Origin: Syntrophorhabdaceae bacterium
GTDB taxonomy: Bacteria > Desulfobacterota > Syntrophorhabdia > Syntrophorhabdales > Syntrophorhabdaceae
NCBI GenBank assembly: GCA_963665295.1
Contig: OY762209.1
Location: 2,240,001-2,304,000 of the forward strand
Reading direction: 5' to 3'
DNA: 64,000 nt
Position numbers and translations under genes: made by a program. Positions 31,170 to 40,085 of this stretch are shown piece by piece. The notes under the pieces were generated by a model. That model saw only the letters and a program-made list of their open reading frames with translations, did not search any database and had not been told where the DNA came from. The first letter of the stretch is position 1, and each line of letters begins with the position of its first letter.

Positions 31170-31365
31170 TTCTGCGATGTTGAATATGCCGGCTCATCTG
31201 CCTGGAATATTGGAGCTTCTCGTCCCTTGAGAGCGGCCTGCTCCGGCTCAACCGCCGGAACATCGACACAACCATCGGCAACGCGTTGCCTCTTCTCCCT
31301 TCACGATACCTCGAATAATAATAATAATAGTTAATTGAGACTATTCATATAGGACTTTGGTCCTA

Positions 31366-32585
31366 GTGTCACATCACACTTGTAATGTCGTATAGTATGA
31401 TATAGAATCTCCTCAAGGGTTAAATTTCACCATGGGGAGGTCCGAATGATAAAATATAGGGTGGTGCTCGAAAAAGAAGAGCGAAAGGAACTTGAAGGCG
31501 TGGTGCAAAAAGGAAATCATAAAGCCCAAAAGGTGCTCAATGCGCTGGTTCTTCTCAATTGCGATCAGGGCCGGTTCCAGGACCACCCGATGAAGAACGA
31601 GGATATATCGGCAGTGTTGCGAATCAGCATGCGTAAGATAGATAGAGTAAAAAAGCGATTCGTGGAAGAAGGACTTGAGACTGCCCTTACCGGACACAAA
31701 GCAGAGCGAGTCTACGAGAAGAAGGCGGATGGCGATTTCGAGGCCCACCTCATTGCCTTGAGCTGTAGCGAACCACCAGAAGGTTTTGCGAGGTGGACCT
31801 TGCGTATGCTCGCGAACCGGGCCGTAGCGCTCAATTATATCGAGAATATCTCCTATGAAACCGTGCGTCGGGTTTTAAAAAAACGAAACAAAACCCTGGA
31901 AGCAGCAAGGATGGGTCATTCCACCGGAGGGCAATGCTGATTTCGTCGCCGCCATGGAGAACGTACTCGATGTATATAAACGCCCGTATGATAAAAGATT
32001 CCCGGTGGTCTGTATGGATGAAACCCCAAGACAACTGATCAAAGAAACGCGTACCCCGATTCCCCGCGCTCCGGGACGGCTCGAGCGTCACGACTACGAA
32101 TACGAGCGATGTGGCGTCTGTACCGTATTTATGGCCAACGAACCATTGGCGGGCACGCGCCTGACCAAGGTATCGGAAAGGAGAACGAAGCGCGACTGGG
32201 CGGAGTTCATCCGGGAACTTTCAGGACGGTATGGAAAGGCCAAAAGGATCACCCTTGTCATGGATAACCTGAACACCCATAAACCCGGCTCTCTTTATGA
32301 AGCCTTTTCTCCCGAAGAGGCCAAACGCATCTGGGACCGCTTTGAATTCGTCTATACTCCCAAACATGGAAGCTGGCTCAATATGGCGGAGATTGAGCTT
32401 AACGTGCTCATTCATCAATGCCTGAGTCGCCGGATCGACACTCTCGCCGAGGTCCACTCCGCCGTGTCTGCCTGGCAGGCCCATCGCGACAATCTCAACG
32501 CAAAGGTGAACTGGCAATTTACTACTAAGGATGCGCGGGTGAAACTTAGGCGACTTTATCCGACATTAGATGAGTGACGTGACAC
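31366..32585 (+). mobile_element. IS630-family element
   Basis: IRs GTGTCACATCAC / GTGACGTGACAC, TA duplication (31364-65, 32586-87), two ORFs joined at TTTTAAAAAAAC. Confidence 0.93.
31446..32577 (+). CDS. IS630 transposase (-1 frameshift at about 31873-31884)
   Basis: HTH ORF 31446-31940 plus DDE ORF (MDE, MDNLNTH, SWLNMAEIE); the -1 frame is open across the junction. Confidence 0.9.
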
Positions 32586-32912
32586 TAGTCACAGATGTTC
32601 CGAGATAAGGATGGGAATACGTTCATTTTCCGGAGAGCGGATAAGGGGGCTGCCATGGGAAGCATAGATGAATGGGTACACAAACTGGACGCTCTGGCAG
32701 AAAAGGGCAAAGAGTTCAGATACGGCATTCATACCGCCTCTGGCGAACTACTTTCGAGCATCTACTCGTGGTCAGGAATCAGAACCGTGCAGTTGGAGAG
32801 ATATTTCGAGGAGTCGGCCCCGGATGAACAGCATTTTCAAAGGATGTTGGAGCTTGCATGGCCTGTGAAAAGCGGAACGTGTCAATGAAAATGAGACACT
32901 TCCATCAGATAT

Positions 32913-33911
32913 TTAGTGTACCCCGCCATCGCTCGTTGATAATGGCTTATTGATCCAGACGGCGTCAGGCAGTGACGCCGGTTTCGGCATCCTCCCCTTG
33001 AACCGTTCCGGATGTTTTTCATACGCAGCCCGCAGTACGTCCGTACGACCTTCAATGATCCTCAACGCTCTTCCATAATGGACGTCCTCGGGGGTGAGAA
33101 GACCTATCCCCGAATGGTAATGCTCGGTATTGTACCAGGGGAAGAATGTCTGGCAAAAGGCCCGGGCATCCTCAATGGAGCCGAACCTTTGAGGGAACTC
33201 GGGCCGGTACTTCATGGTCTTGAACTGAGATTCGGAATAGGGGTTGTCATTACTGACCGAAGGCCTCGAATGGCTCTTGGTGACCCCGAGATCGGCCATG
33301 AGCAGGGCGACGGGTTTCGACGTCATACTCGACCCCCTGTCCGCATGGATCAGGAGCTTACCGGGCTCTATCATTTGCTTCTCGCAGGTCTCCGCGATCA
33401 GTTTGCGAGCAAGGGCGGCAAGTTCCCTGTGGGCCACCATCCACCCCACCACATAGCGGCTGTAGATGTCGAGGATCACATAGAGGTAGTAGTAGGTCCA
33501 TTTTACGGAACCCTTGAGCTTCGTGATATCCCAGCTCCACGCCTCGTTGGGCGCCTTCGCGAGGATCTCCGGTTTTGCGTACCGGGGACGGGAGACCTGC
33601 CTCCTCCTTTCTTTCAGCTCACCTTCTTCTTCAAGGATCCGGTACATGGTGCGCACTGAACAGAGATAGCTCTTCTCGTCCAGGAGGGCCGCGTAGATTT
33701 CCCGGGGTGCTTTATCGATGAAGCGGTCCGAATGAAGGATATCAAGTACATCGTTCCGTTCCCCGAAGGAGAGGGCCAAGGGAGAGAGACGGTTCAAAGG
33801 TTCCTTCTCTTTCGGATGCTGCCACCGGTAAAAGCCCGCACGGGATACGTCGAGGGCGTTGCAGGCAGGGCGGATACCCACTTCATGGGCAAGCGATTGC
33901 GTGATGTTCAT
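32913..33911 (-). CDS. IS3 transposase OrfB (integrase core)
   Basis: WSWDIT, HADRGS, DNPYSESQFKTMK. Confidence 0.92.
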   Translation of the reverse strand: MNITQSLAHEVGIRPACNALDVSRAGFYRWQHPKEKEPLNRLSPLALSFGERNDVLDILHSDRFIDKAPREIYAALLDEKSYLCSVRTMYRILEEEGELKERRRQVSRPRYAKPEILAKAPNEAWSWDITKLKGSVKWTYYYLYVILDIYSRYVVGWMVAHRELAALARKLIAETCEKQMIEPGKLLIHADRGSSMTSKPVALLMADLGVTKSHSRPSVSNDNPYSESQFKTMKYRPEFPQRFGSIEDARAFCQTFFPWYNTEHYHSGIGLLTPEDVHYGRALRIIEGRTDVLRAAYEKHPERFKGRMPKPASLPDAVWINKPLSTSDGGVH

Positions 33912-34305
33912 GACTTCTCCTCGCTCGACCCCTTGAGCAGCTCGGCCACTTTTTTTGGACCTCGATAATGAGCTCCGCCTGTTTCAGTTTATGGGTGAGC
34001 CTCGTGTTCTCCTTTTCCAGTTCGATGGTGCGACGGATAAGGGGATCAGGCTTTTGTGTGACGGGTCCTCTCTTTTTCGGGATGAGGCCCTGGTGAACCT
34101 GACGCCGCCATGAGGTGAGGCTCGATGAATAAAGTCCCTCTCTGCGCAGAAGCGCCCCTATCTCACCCTTCCCGGTACAGTTCTCCACCTCCTTGAGGAT
34201 ACGGAGCTTGTACGCCGCGGTGAATTTCCGGCGAACTGCCTTTTCCGGTACTTCCGGATCGGGGACTACCCTTGGTGATGCCATGACTGATTTCTTTTCT
34301 TCCAC
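33883..34305 (-). CDS. IS3 transposase OrfA
   Basis: RRKFTAAYKLRIL, LLRREGLYSS.L..WR, coiled coil. Confidence 0.88.
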   Translation of the reverse strand: MEEKKSVMASPRVVPDPEVPEKAVRRKFTAAYKLRILKEVENCTGKGEIGALLRREGLYSSSLTSWRRQVHQGLIPKKRGPVTQKPDPLIRRTIELEKENTRLTHKLKQAELIIEVQKKWPSCSRGRARRSHEHHAIACP

Positions 34306-34715
34306 GATCGTTCTTTCCTTCCCGCCCCCAAGAGTCTAAACTATTGGGTGGGAAGTGTCTCACTTATATTGGCACGGAGGGCGGAATACGATCTTCTCCG
34401 CCAGAAACCGGCATCAGTTTCACTGCAAAGGCGGAATGAAATATGGGAACAGGCCATGGGGGACATAAGGGAAATCGTTAGAGTTCGAGTCTCGCAACTG
34501 GTTGAGTGAAAGCAGCGCTGGGCGTCCTTTCTCATTTTGAACTGGTCATTCTGCCTGTCTTACCGTATAACGCTTCCTGCGCGAAAGCGGTAATTCCCAT
34601 CGGAAAGCAGTGTTGTCCTTTTTTCCTGAAAGCGATGAACGATCATTCTGAAGAGAGCGTTCTCCTCCATGTGGCGATCGGACACTGCCCGGTACCCCCA
34701 CCTTGGAATTTGCGA

Positions 34716-34744
34716 TTGACAGTGGTAACCTATTCTGGTAACAT
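34716..34744 (+). promoter_or_regulatory. sigma70 promoter of the five-gene operon
   Basis: TTGACA-17-TAACAT with extended TG, about 90 bp upstream of ATG 34833. Confidence 0.7.
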
Positions 34745-34832
34745 CCGCTTAAGAACACGTTAGGCGATAGAAATAAGACGCAGCTTCGGTCAACAATGGA
34801 AGCCTGAGTTGAATAATGGTCAAGGCAGATGT

Positions 34833-35831
34833 ATGCGTTATTTCGGGTCAAAAGCATCTACGGTAGAGAAAGTTTATGAGCTTATCTCGCGCCGAGTACC
34901 GTCTGGATCATTCTGTGATCCATTTGGTGGCATTGGAGTGGTCGGGTCTTTCTTCAAGAACAAAGGCTACAGCGTCTGGACTGGTGATGCTCTGAGTTTT
35001 GCCTACTATTTCCAAATTGCGCGGATAGAAACCAACGTAATGCCACGCTTCGAGGGTGTCGTTAAAGCCCTGGCGCTGCGAACGCCCAGTGAAATAGCTG
35101 ACCGACTAAATTCCGCGAATCTCTCAGACGGATGGTTCGTGACTGAGTATGCAGAAAAACGACAATTTTTTACCAAAGACAACGCAAGACGCATATACGC
35201 GTGTATGACGTTAATACGTGATTGGGCTCAGGCTGGCAGCCTCAACAAAAAGGAGCATGCAATTCTATTGGCTTCGTTAATCGACAGCATCGATAGAGTC
35301 GCGAATACCGCGGGAACCTATTATGCGTATTTGAAGACGTGGCATGAAAAGGCACTGAGACCATTTCATTTTAGGTTACTTACTCATATCGTAGGGAATG
35401 AAGATTGTCACTGCTTTCTTGGAGATGCCAAGCGTCTTCTGAGCCAGCGGGCCTTTGACATAGTCTATCTTGATCCGCCATACAACGAGCGTTGTTATTC
35501 AAGATACTATCACCTACCAGAGGCAATAGCACGCGATGAGGTATCCGAGGCTCACGGGAAATCGGGAATCATGGAAGGAGAGAAACATGTTTCGGATTTC
35601 AACAAGCATTCGAAGGCTATGGATGCACTAAGGGAGACTCTCCGCAACGCCAGTTTTCGCCTTTTAGTATTTCATTACTCAGACGATGGCCTTATCAACC
35701 CAAGCGATATAAGAGGCATCCTTGGTTCCCGTGGAGAAATTGATGAGTATGTCATAGGTGGTAAAGGTTATACCACGAGACGCGGGCATAGGACTGTAAC
35801 CCACCGCCTTTACCTTGTCAGTAATGAGTAA
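34833..35831 (+). CDS. DNA adenine methyltransferase (D12/FokI-like, alpha motif order)
   Basis: MRYFGSK, DPFGGIGVVG, FFT.DNA, NTAGTYYAYLK, YLDPPYN.R.Y.RYYH. Confidence 0.9.
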   Translation: MRYFGSKASTVEKVYELISRRVPSGSFCDPFGGIGVVGSFFKNKGYSVWTGDALSFAYYFQIARIETNVMPRFEGVVKALALRTPSEIADRLNSANLSDGWFVTEYAEKRQFFTKDNARRIYACMTLIRDWAQAGSLNKKEHAILLASLIDSIDRVANTAGTYYAYLKTWHEKALRPFHFRLLTHIVGNEDCHCFLGDAKRLLSQRAFDIVYLDPPYNERCYSRYYHLPEAIARDEVSEAHGKSGIMEGEKHVSDFNKHSKAMDALRETLRNASFRLLVFHYSDDGLINPSDIRGILGSRGEIDEYVIGGKGYTTRRGHRTVTHRLYLVSNE

Positions 35832-36765
35832 ATTTTTGCCCAGCTGGGACACGGATGATGTCAATACTTTGGTTGATTTCTCCAGGATTGAATTAATCGT
35901 GGCAGACTTAGATGGAACCTTGCTTTCTCCAGGTCAAATGGCGTTATACGAAACGATAAGGAGCCTTAACAGGAGTCTTGGATCCTATGGCGTTGCCTTA
36001 ACTCTGGCGACTGGCCGGAGCCTCTCTGGGGTGCATAACCTGCTCAGTACGCTATCGCTTCGGAAGGGCGTCCCTATAATCCTATATAATGGCAGTCTTG
36101 TGGTGAGGAACAAGACATTCGAAATATTGAGCCGAAAAACCATAGAAACTAACATCTTGCAGGCAATAGTTAATCTTTCCAGCGAATTGGGTGTGCCAGC
36201 GCTTGCGTACTTCTATACCGGCCCAACCAATCAACTGGCCTCATCATCTGATAACATCGAGTATGTGTTAGGCTGGGCAGAGGGAGGCCATGTTAGTCAT
36301 GAGTTTAATGGAATGCGGGTGGACTGGCAGGGTGGGCACAAAATCACCGAGAAAGCTAATCCTTCTGCCATACTGATTGACATTTCAACCAAAGGCGATT
36401 GTGCTCTTGCCATTCTGAGGCGCCTGCAAAAGGTCGTGGGTATTTCTGTTACTCATAGCGGCCAATCTTACCTGGAGATTAGGCCGGCGGATAGCAACAA
36501 AGGCGTGGCACTTGAAATGGCGGCGAGACTCTCTAGGATTGATCGATATAATATTCTGGCGATTGGGGACAACGATAATGATTTGGAAATGCTGAAGTGG
36601 GCTGGTATAGGGGTTGCCGTTGCTGGTTCTTCACCAAATGCTTTGCTCAGTGCAGATTATGTTAGCCGGCATGGGGTGATAGAAGGCGCAATAGAGGTTC
36701 TGCGTGTGGTAAGAAATGCACGACGATACTTCAGGCACATCGCAAAGGAGAGAAACAGTGAGTGA
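35824..36765 (+). CDS. Cof-type HAD hydrolase (C2B cap)
   Basis: DLDGTLL, LATGR, YNG, YLEI...NKG, GDNDNDLEML; overlaps both neighbours. Confidence 0.9.
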   Translation: MSKFLPSWDTDDVNTLVDFSRIELIVADLDGTLLSPGQMALYETIRSLNRSLGSYGVALTLATGRSLSGVHNLLSTLSLRKGVPIILYNGSLVVRNKTFEILSRKTIETNILQAIVNLSSELGVPALAYFYTGPTNQLASSSDNIEYVLGWAEGGHVSHEFNGMRVDWQGGHKITEKANPSAILIDISTKGDCALAILRRLQKVVGISVTHSGQSYLEIRPADSNKGVALEMAARLSRIDRYNILAIGDNDNDLEMLKWAGIGVAVAGSSPNALLSADYVSRHGVIEGAIEVLRVVRNARRYFRHIAKERNSE

Positions 36766-39322
36766 GATTGAACGCTGGGTTAAAGAACTGGAATCCTTCA
36801 AGGACAAATCCGAAAAATACTTCATGACGCAAGCAGAATTCGAAGCTGGATTAGATAGCGTTACTGGATTAGCCGATAGTCCGGTAGATGCCGTTCAGTA
36901 CCATATTGTCGGAAGTGCACCTTTTAACGCTATAGACATAGGTAGGCCAGGCACAGGGGATGCGATGTATGTCGATACAGTTACTATGGCTGATCCCCGC
37001 GGCTCGACATGCAAAACGTCGATTTGGACAAAACGAAATGCAGGAGTTGCGATTCATGCGTCCGCAGCCCTCGCTAAGGATTCTCTTGGCAAGCTAATAA
37101 AGGGGTATTGGAAGCCAGATCTGTTGGACAATAAAGCAAAATTACCTTCGCTCTTGATACCTAGGGCAACGCAAGTACTCGAAGATACAATACTGGACTT
37201 TGCAAAGACACGTGAAAGGACATTTCTTTTCTTTTGTGATCTAGACAAATTTAAATTGGTTAACGACACCTATGGAGAAAATGTGGGTGATCGTGTCATT
37301 TTGGAATTTGCATCAATTATCGAGAGAACTGTGATTCCCAATGCTGTAGCGCTTCACAGAAGCGGTGATGAGTTCATCGTATTTTGCCCCACAGACACTG
37401 TCGAAAGCGCGCTTTTTGTCGCCCACAAGATTATGAGAGAAGTGCGACAATACGACTTTCAAATCGGCAATTTGACAACAGATGTGTCCATTGGCATTAA
37501 AATAGTCGACCGTGAAACTCCTTGGAAGTCGTATAAGGATTTAGAGGATATGGCCGAAAAGGCATTGAAACCTAGCGGTCAAGGAAAGAGGCGTGGTATG
37601 GCCAGGTTTGCTGATGAGGTTGACCAAGTTGGCCTCCCGCTCACGAATGATTTATCTAAGTCGCTAGCCGTTTGTGTCGTGAAAAGCGGCATGGGCGCAG
37701 ATAACCCATTTGTGAGCCCTTGGCTGAACATGATATCGGAGCATGTGGAAATTTCAATCCAGGAAAGCTTCCCGAATATCTCCGGCATAAAAGAAGAGGT
37801 CGATACGATTGTAGACTGGATTAAGCCAAGTGTAGCAGTGGACACATTGCATGCAGGTACCCTTGGAAGCGAAGCGTCCTTGAAACCGTATTTTTCTCCA
37901 ATTGATATGGCGTTGGCAACAGCCCACGGAGTTTTTCGGGCGAGCCTGATGTCGGGCAATCAATCATTTAAAGACAAGAGCCTCAAGATATATTTTGATA
38001 GCAGTCAAGGCGCCTGTCAGTTGTGCCTGTGTCCGGATGGTGAAGTAATTATGCAATTTGGGACCGAGCCGTCCAGCTGGCCAGATACCATCGATTTAGG
38101 CGGATTTTTTCGGTCGTATGACGATAAACCCCGAAAAGCAATGGACTCTCGGGCAGCGCTTTTGGTGAAGATAGGGCATTCCAAGTTGGAATTGCCTGTC
38201 GCCATATTTGGAGAGATTATCGTTGTCGATGATCGTCCTACGCAGGGGGGCGGGTTGCCTGATTTTTGGGAAGCCACCATCGCCAGATTGGTTGCCCGCG
38301 TAGAATCCAATGCCAATATAATGGCGGTTTATATACTTGGAGAACATAAGTATGCCGCACAAACGATCGGACTGCTAAGAGATGTCGGGAACTGGGCTGA
38401 GAAAGCTGAGAGTATTGCGTCTAAGACGGGTATGTCCATTCATAGTATTTCTACCGCAGCCAGTCGTCTTAGCGGGAAGATTGTCTTTCCAGAAGACATT
38501 CGCCATCTATGCAATAATCTGATGAGCGTTCTTCTCGGTCGGCGTCTGCTTTATGATGTCATGTTGCCTGTTTTTTCGACAGAGAAATATCGAACCCTCC
38601 ACAGAGAACTGCTCATGGAAGGCATTGCCTTGTTAAGGGAGGACGGGTGTCGTGTGAAGACTATCGCGGAAGCATATCCCGTGGTCCTTGAAATCGCTCG
38701 CAAGGCGTCCCACAAGGCAAGGATCAAAGATCAAGCAGGGATGGAATTAAAAGAGCTTGTGGATTTCAAGGTTCTTCTGACCAACCCAAATCAGGATCTC
38801 GTCCCGTTGTTCTATCAGGAAGAGAAAGATTCTCTAGAGGGGTACTTCACGAGAGAATTTCAAACTGATACTGGTCTTTTCTTGAGTAAATTTAAAGAAG
38901 GAGGACAACTCGATGCGGTATTGACCCATCTTTCTACGCATATTCGTGACTTAAACCATCAGTTTGCCACTCGCAGGGGCATCTTGGTGGTTCCGCATGA
39001 TGTGGAAGAAGGGCATGACATTAGACCTCTGGGATTGATATCTATTCGTATTTTTCCAAGGTTTATGGATAACCGCGTACTCCTATATTACAGTTACACT
39101 TGGCGAACAGTAGAAGCCTTGGTTGGTTTCCCGTATAGCGTTTACGGATCAGTCAGGTTTAGTCAATACCTAACCGAAGAGGTTAAAAGGCGCTTACCCA
39201 GAGAACAGTCTAGACGGATTGAGATGGGGGAAGTGTCATACATAGCTCACAGTTTACATATATTCATGGATGATTATGGCGAAAACATTGCTCGCAGGAT
39301 TGTCGACGATGCCAGTCTCTGA
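36758..39322 (+). CDS. Multidomain protein: GGDEF domain + unknown middle region + divergent thymidylate-synthase-like domain
   Basis: DLDKFKLVNDTYG..VGD and RSGDEF; C-terminal QLDAV...TRR...WRTVE...GFPYS...SLHIF; GTG start behind AAGGAG. Confidence 0.8.
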   Translation: MSEIERWVKELESFKDKSEKYFMTQAEFEAGLDSVTGLADSPVDAVQYHIVGSAPFNAIDIGRPGTGDAMYVDTVTMADPRGSTCKTSIWTKRNAGVAIHASAALAKDSLGKLIKGYWKPDLLDNKAKLPSLLIPRATQVLEDTILDFAKTRERTFLFFCDLDKFKLVNDTYGENVGDRVILEFASIIERTVIPNAVALHRSGDEFIVFCPTDTVESALFVAHKIMREVRQYDFQIGNLTTDVSIGIKIVDRETPWKSYKDLEDMAEKALKPSGQGKRRGMARFADEVDQVGLPLTNDLSKSLAVCVVKSGMGADNPFVSPWLNMISEHVEISIQESFPNISGIKEEVDTIVDWIKPSVAVDTLHAGTLGSEASLKPYFSPIDMALATAHGVFRASLMSGNQSFKDKSLKIYFDSSQGACQLCLCPDGEVIMQFGTEPSSWPDTIDLGGFFRSYDDKPRKAMDSRAALLVKIGHSKLELPVAIFGEIIVVDDRPTQGGGLPDFWEATIARLVARVESNANIMAVYILGEHKYAAQTIGLLRDVGNWAEKAESIASKTGMSIHSISTAASRLSGKIVFPEDIRHLCNNLMSVLLGRRLLYDVMLPVFSTEKYRTLHRELLMEGIALLREDGCRVKTIAEAYPVVLEIARKASHKARIKDQAGMELKELVDFKVLLTNPNQDLVPLFYQEEKDSLEGYFTREFQTDTGLFLSKFKEGGQLDAVLTHLSTHIRDLNHQFATRRGILVVPHDVEEGHDIRPLGLISIRIFPRFMDNRVLLYYSYTWRTVEALVGFPYSVYGSVRFSQYLTEEVKRRLPREQSRRIEMGEVSYIAHSLHIFMDDYGENIARRIVDDASL

Positions 39323-40085
39323 ATTTAGCACATGCATTCTGGTGTGCGATAGAGCGGATTTTGAGTTCTTCGTCTCAAATTCTCTATGTGATGATCGTCC
39401 CTCCGAAGCCAACGGATTATATCTGATTCCGGTTGCGACTGGAATAGAGGAGCTAGAGGCGATACTGAATGCCGTGCCGCAAAGACACGTTCGGCGTTAT
39501 TTGGACCGGTTTTACCTGTGGGGTCATGATAATTCCCCCGATGCTTGGCAACGGATGGTTGATAAATTTTTTGAGCTTATCGCTTATAAATATGAGATAT
39601 TTATTGACGTAGAGCGCAACAGGGAGAACATACGTAATCTATTGCGGTTCTTTCATCAGTTAAGCTACCGAACTCAGCGAGAAGAAATAATTGATTATGG
39701 ATGTGGGACGGGTCTCTCTTTGACGGTCGCAGATGGAGTGAAAAGTAAACTCATTGGGGTGGATAGAAGCCCAGCAATGCGCCATATTGCCCGCAGCAAG
39801 GGAATGACTGTCTGGAGTTTCCGCACGTTGGAGAGCAAGCCCCATAATTCTCTGGCGGGGGCCTTCGCGTCCTATGTTCTGCACCTGTCACCGAGTTTGG
39901 ATGGGATCGGTTTACTTTGGGACCGGATCGAAAAAGGAGGCGTCTTAGTTGCCAATTTCCATAAGAATCAGGGCGTAGAGTGGGTGACTGAGTATCTGCG
40001 ACGTAAGAGGTGTCTATTCGAGAACATTGAACCACCGATAGGTTCTGAGAGGCATGGAGTATACATCGCGTATGTTAAGTCGTAA
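39309..40085 (+). CDS. Class I SAM-dependent methyltransferase
   Basis: IIDYGCGTG, GVDRSPAM, ASYVLH, GGVLV. Confidence 0.85.
   Translation: MPVSEFSTCILVCDRADFEFFVSNSLCDDRPSEANGLYLIPVATGIEELEAILNAVPQRHVRRYLDRFYLWGHDNSPDAWQRMVDKFFELIAYKYEIFIDVERNRENIRNLLRFFHQLSYRTQREEIIDYGCGTGLSLTVADGVKSKLIGVDRSPAMRHIARSKGMTVWSFRTLESKPHNSLAGAFASYVLHLSPSLDGIGLLWDRIEKGGVLVANFHKNQGVEWVTEYLRRKRCLFENIEPPIGSERHGVYIAYVKS

Larger units (their letters stand above)
32880..34374 (-). mobile_element. IS3-family element
   Basis: IRs TGTCAATGAAAATGAGACACTTCC / GGAAGTGTCTCACTTATATTGGCA; OrfA and OrfB; no clear target duplication. Confidence 0.92.
32595..34509 (+). pseudogene. Hypothetical gene split by IS3
   Basis: ORF ...WPVKSGT stops at the IS end (32879) and resumes in frame at 34375 RRAEYDLLRQ...SQLVE*. 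Confidence 0.55.

Noticed and set aside
38640..39322. Housekeeping thyA
   Set aside because: Lacks the catalytic PC motif and the specificity Asn, and is fused to GGDEF inside an accessory island.
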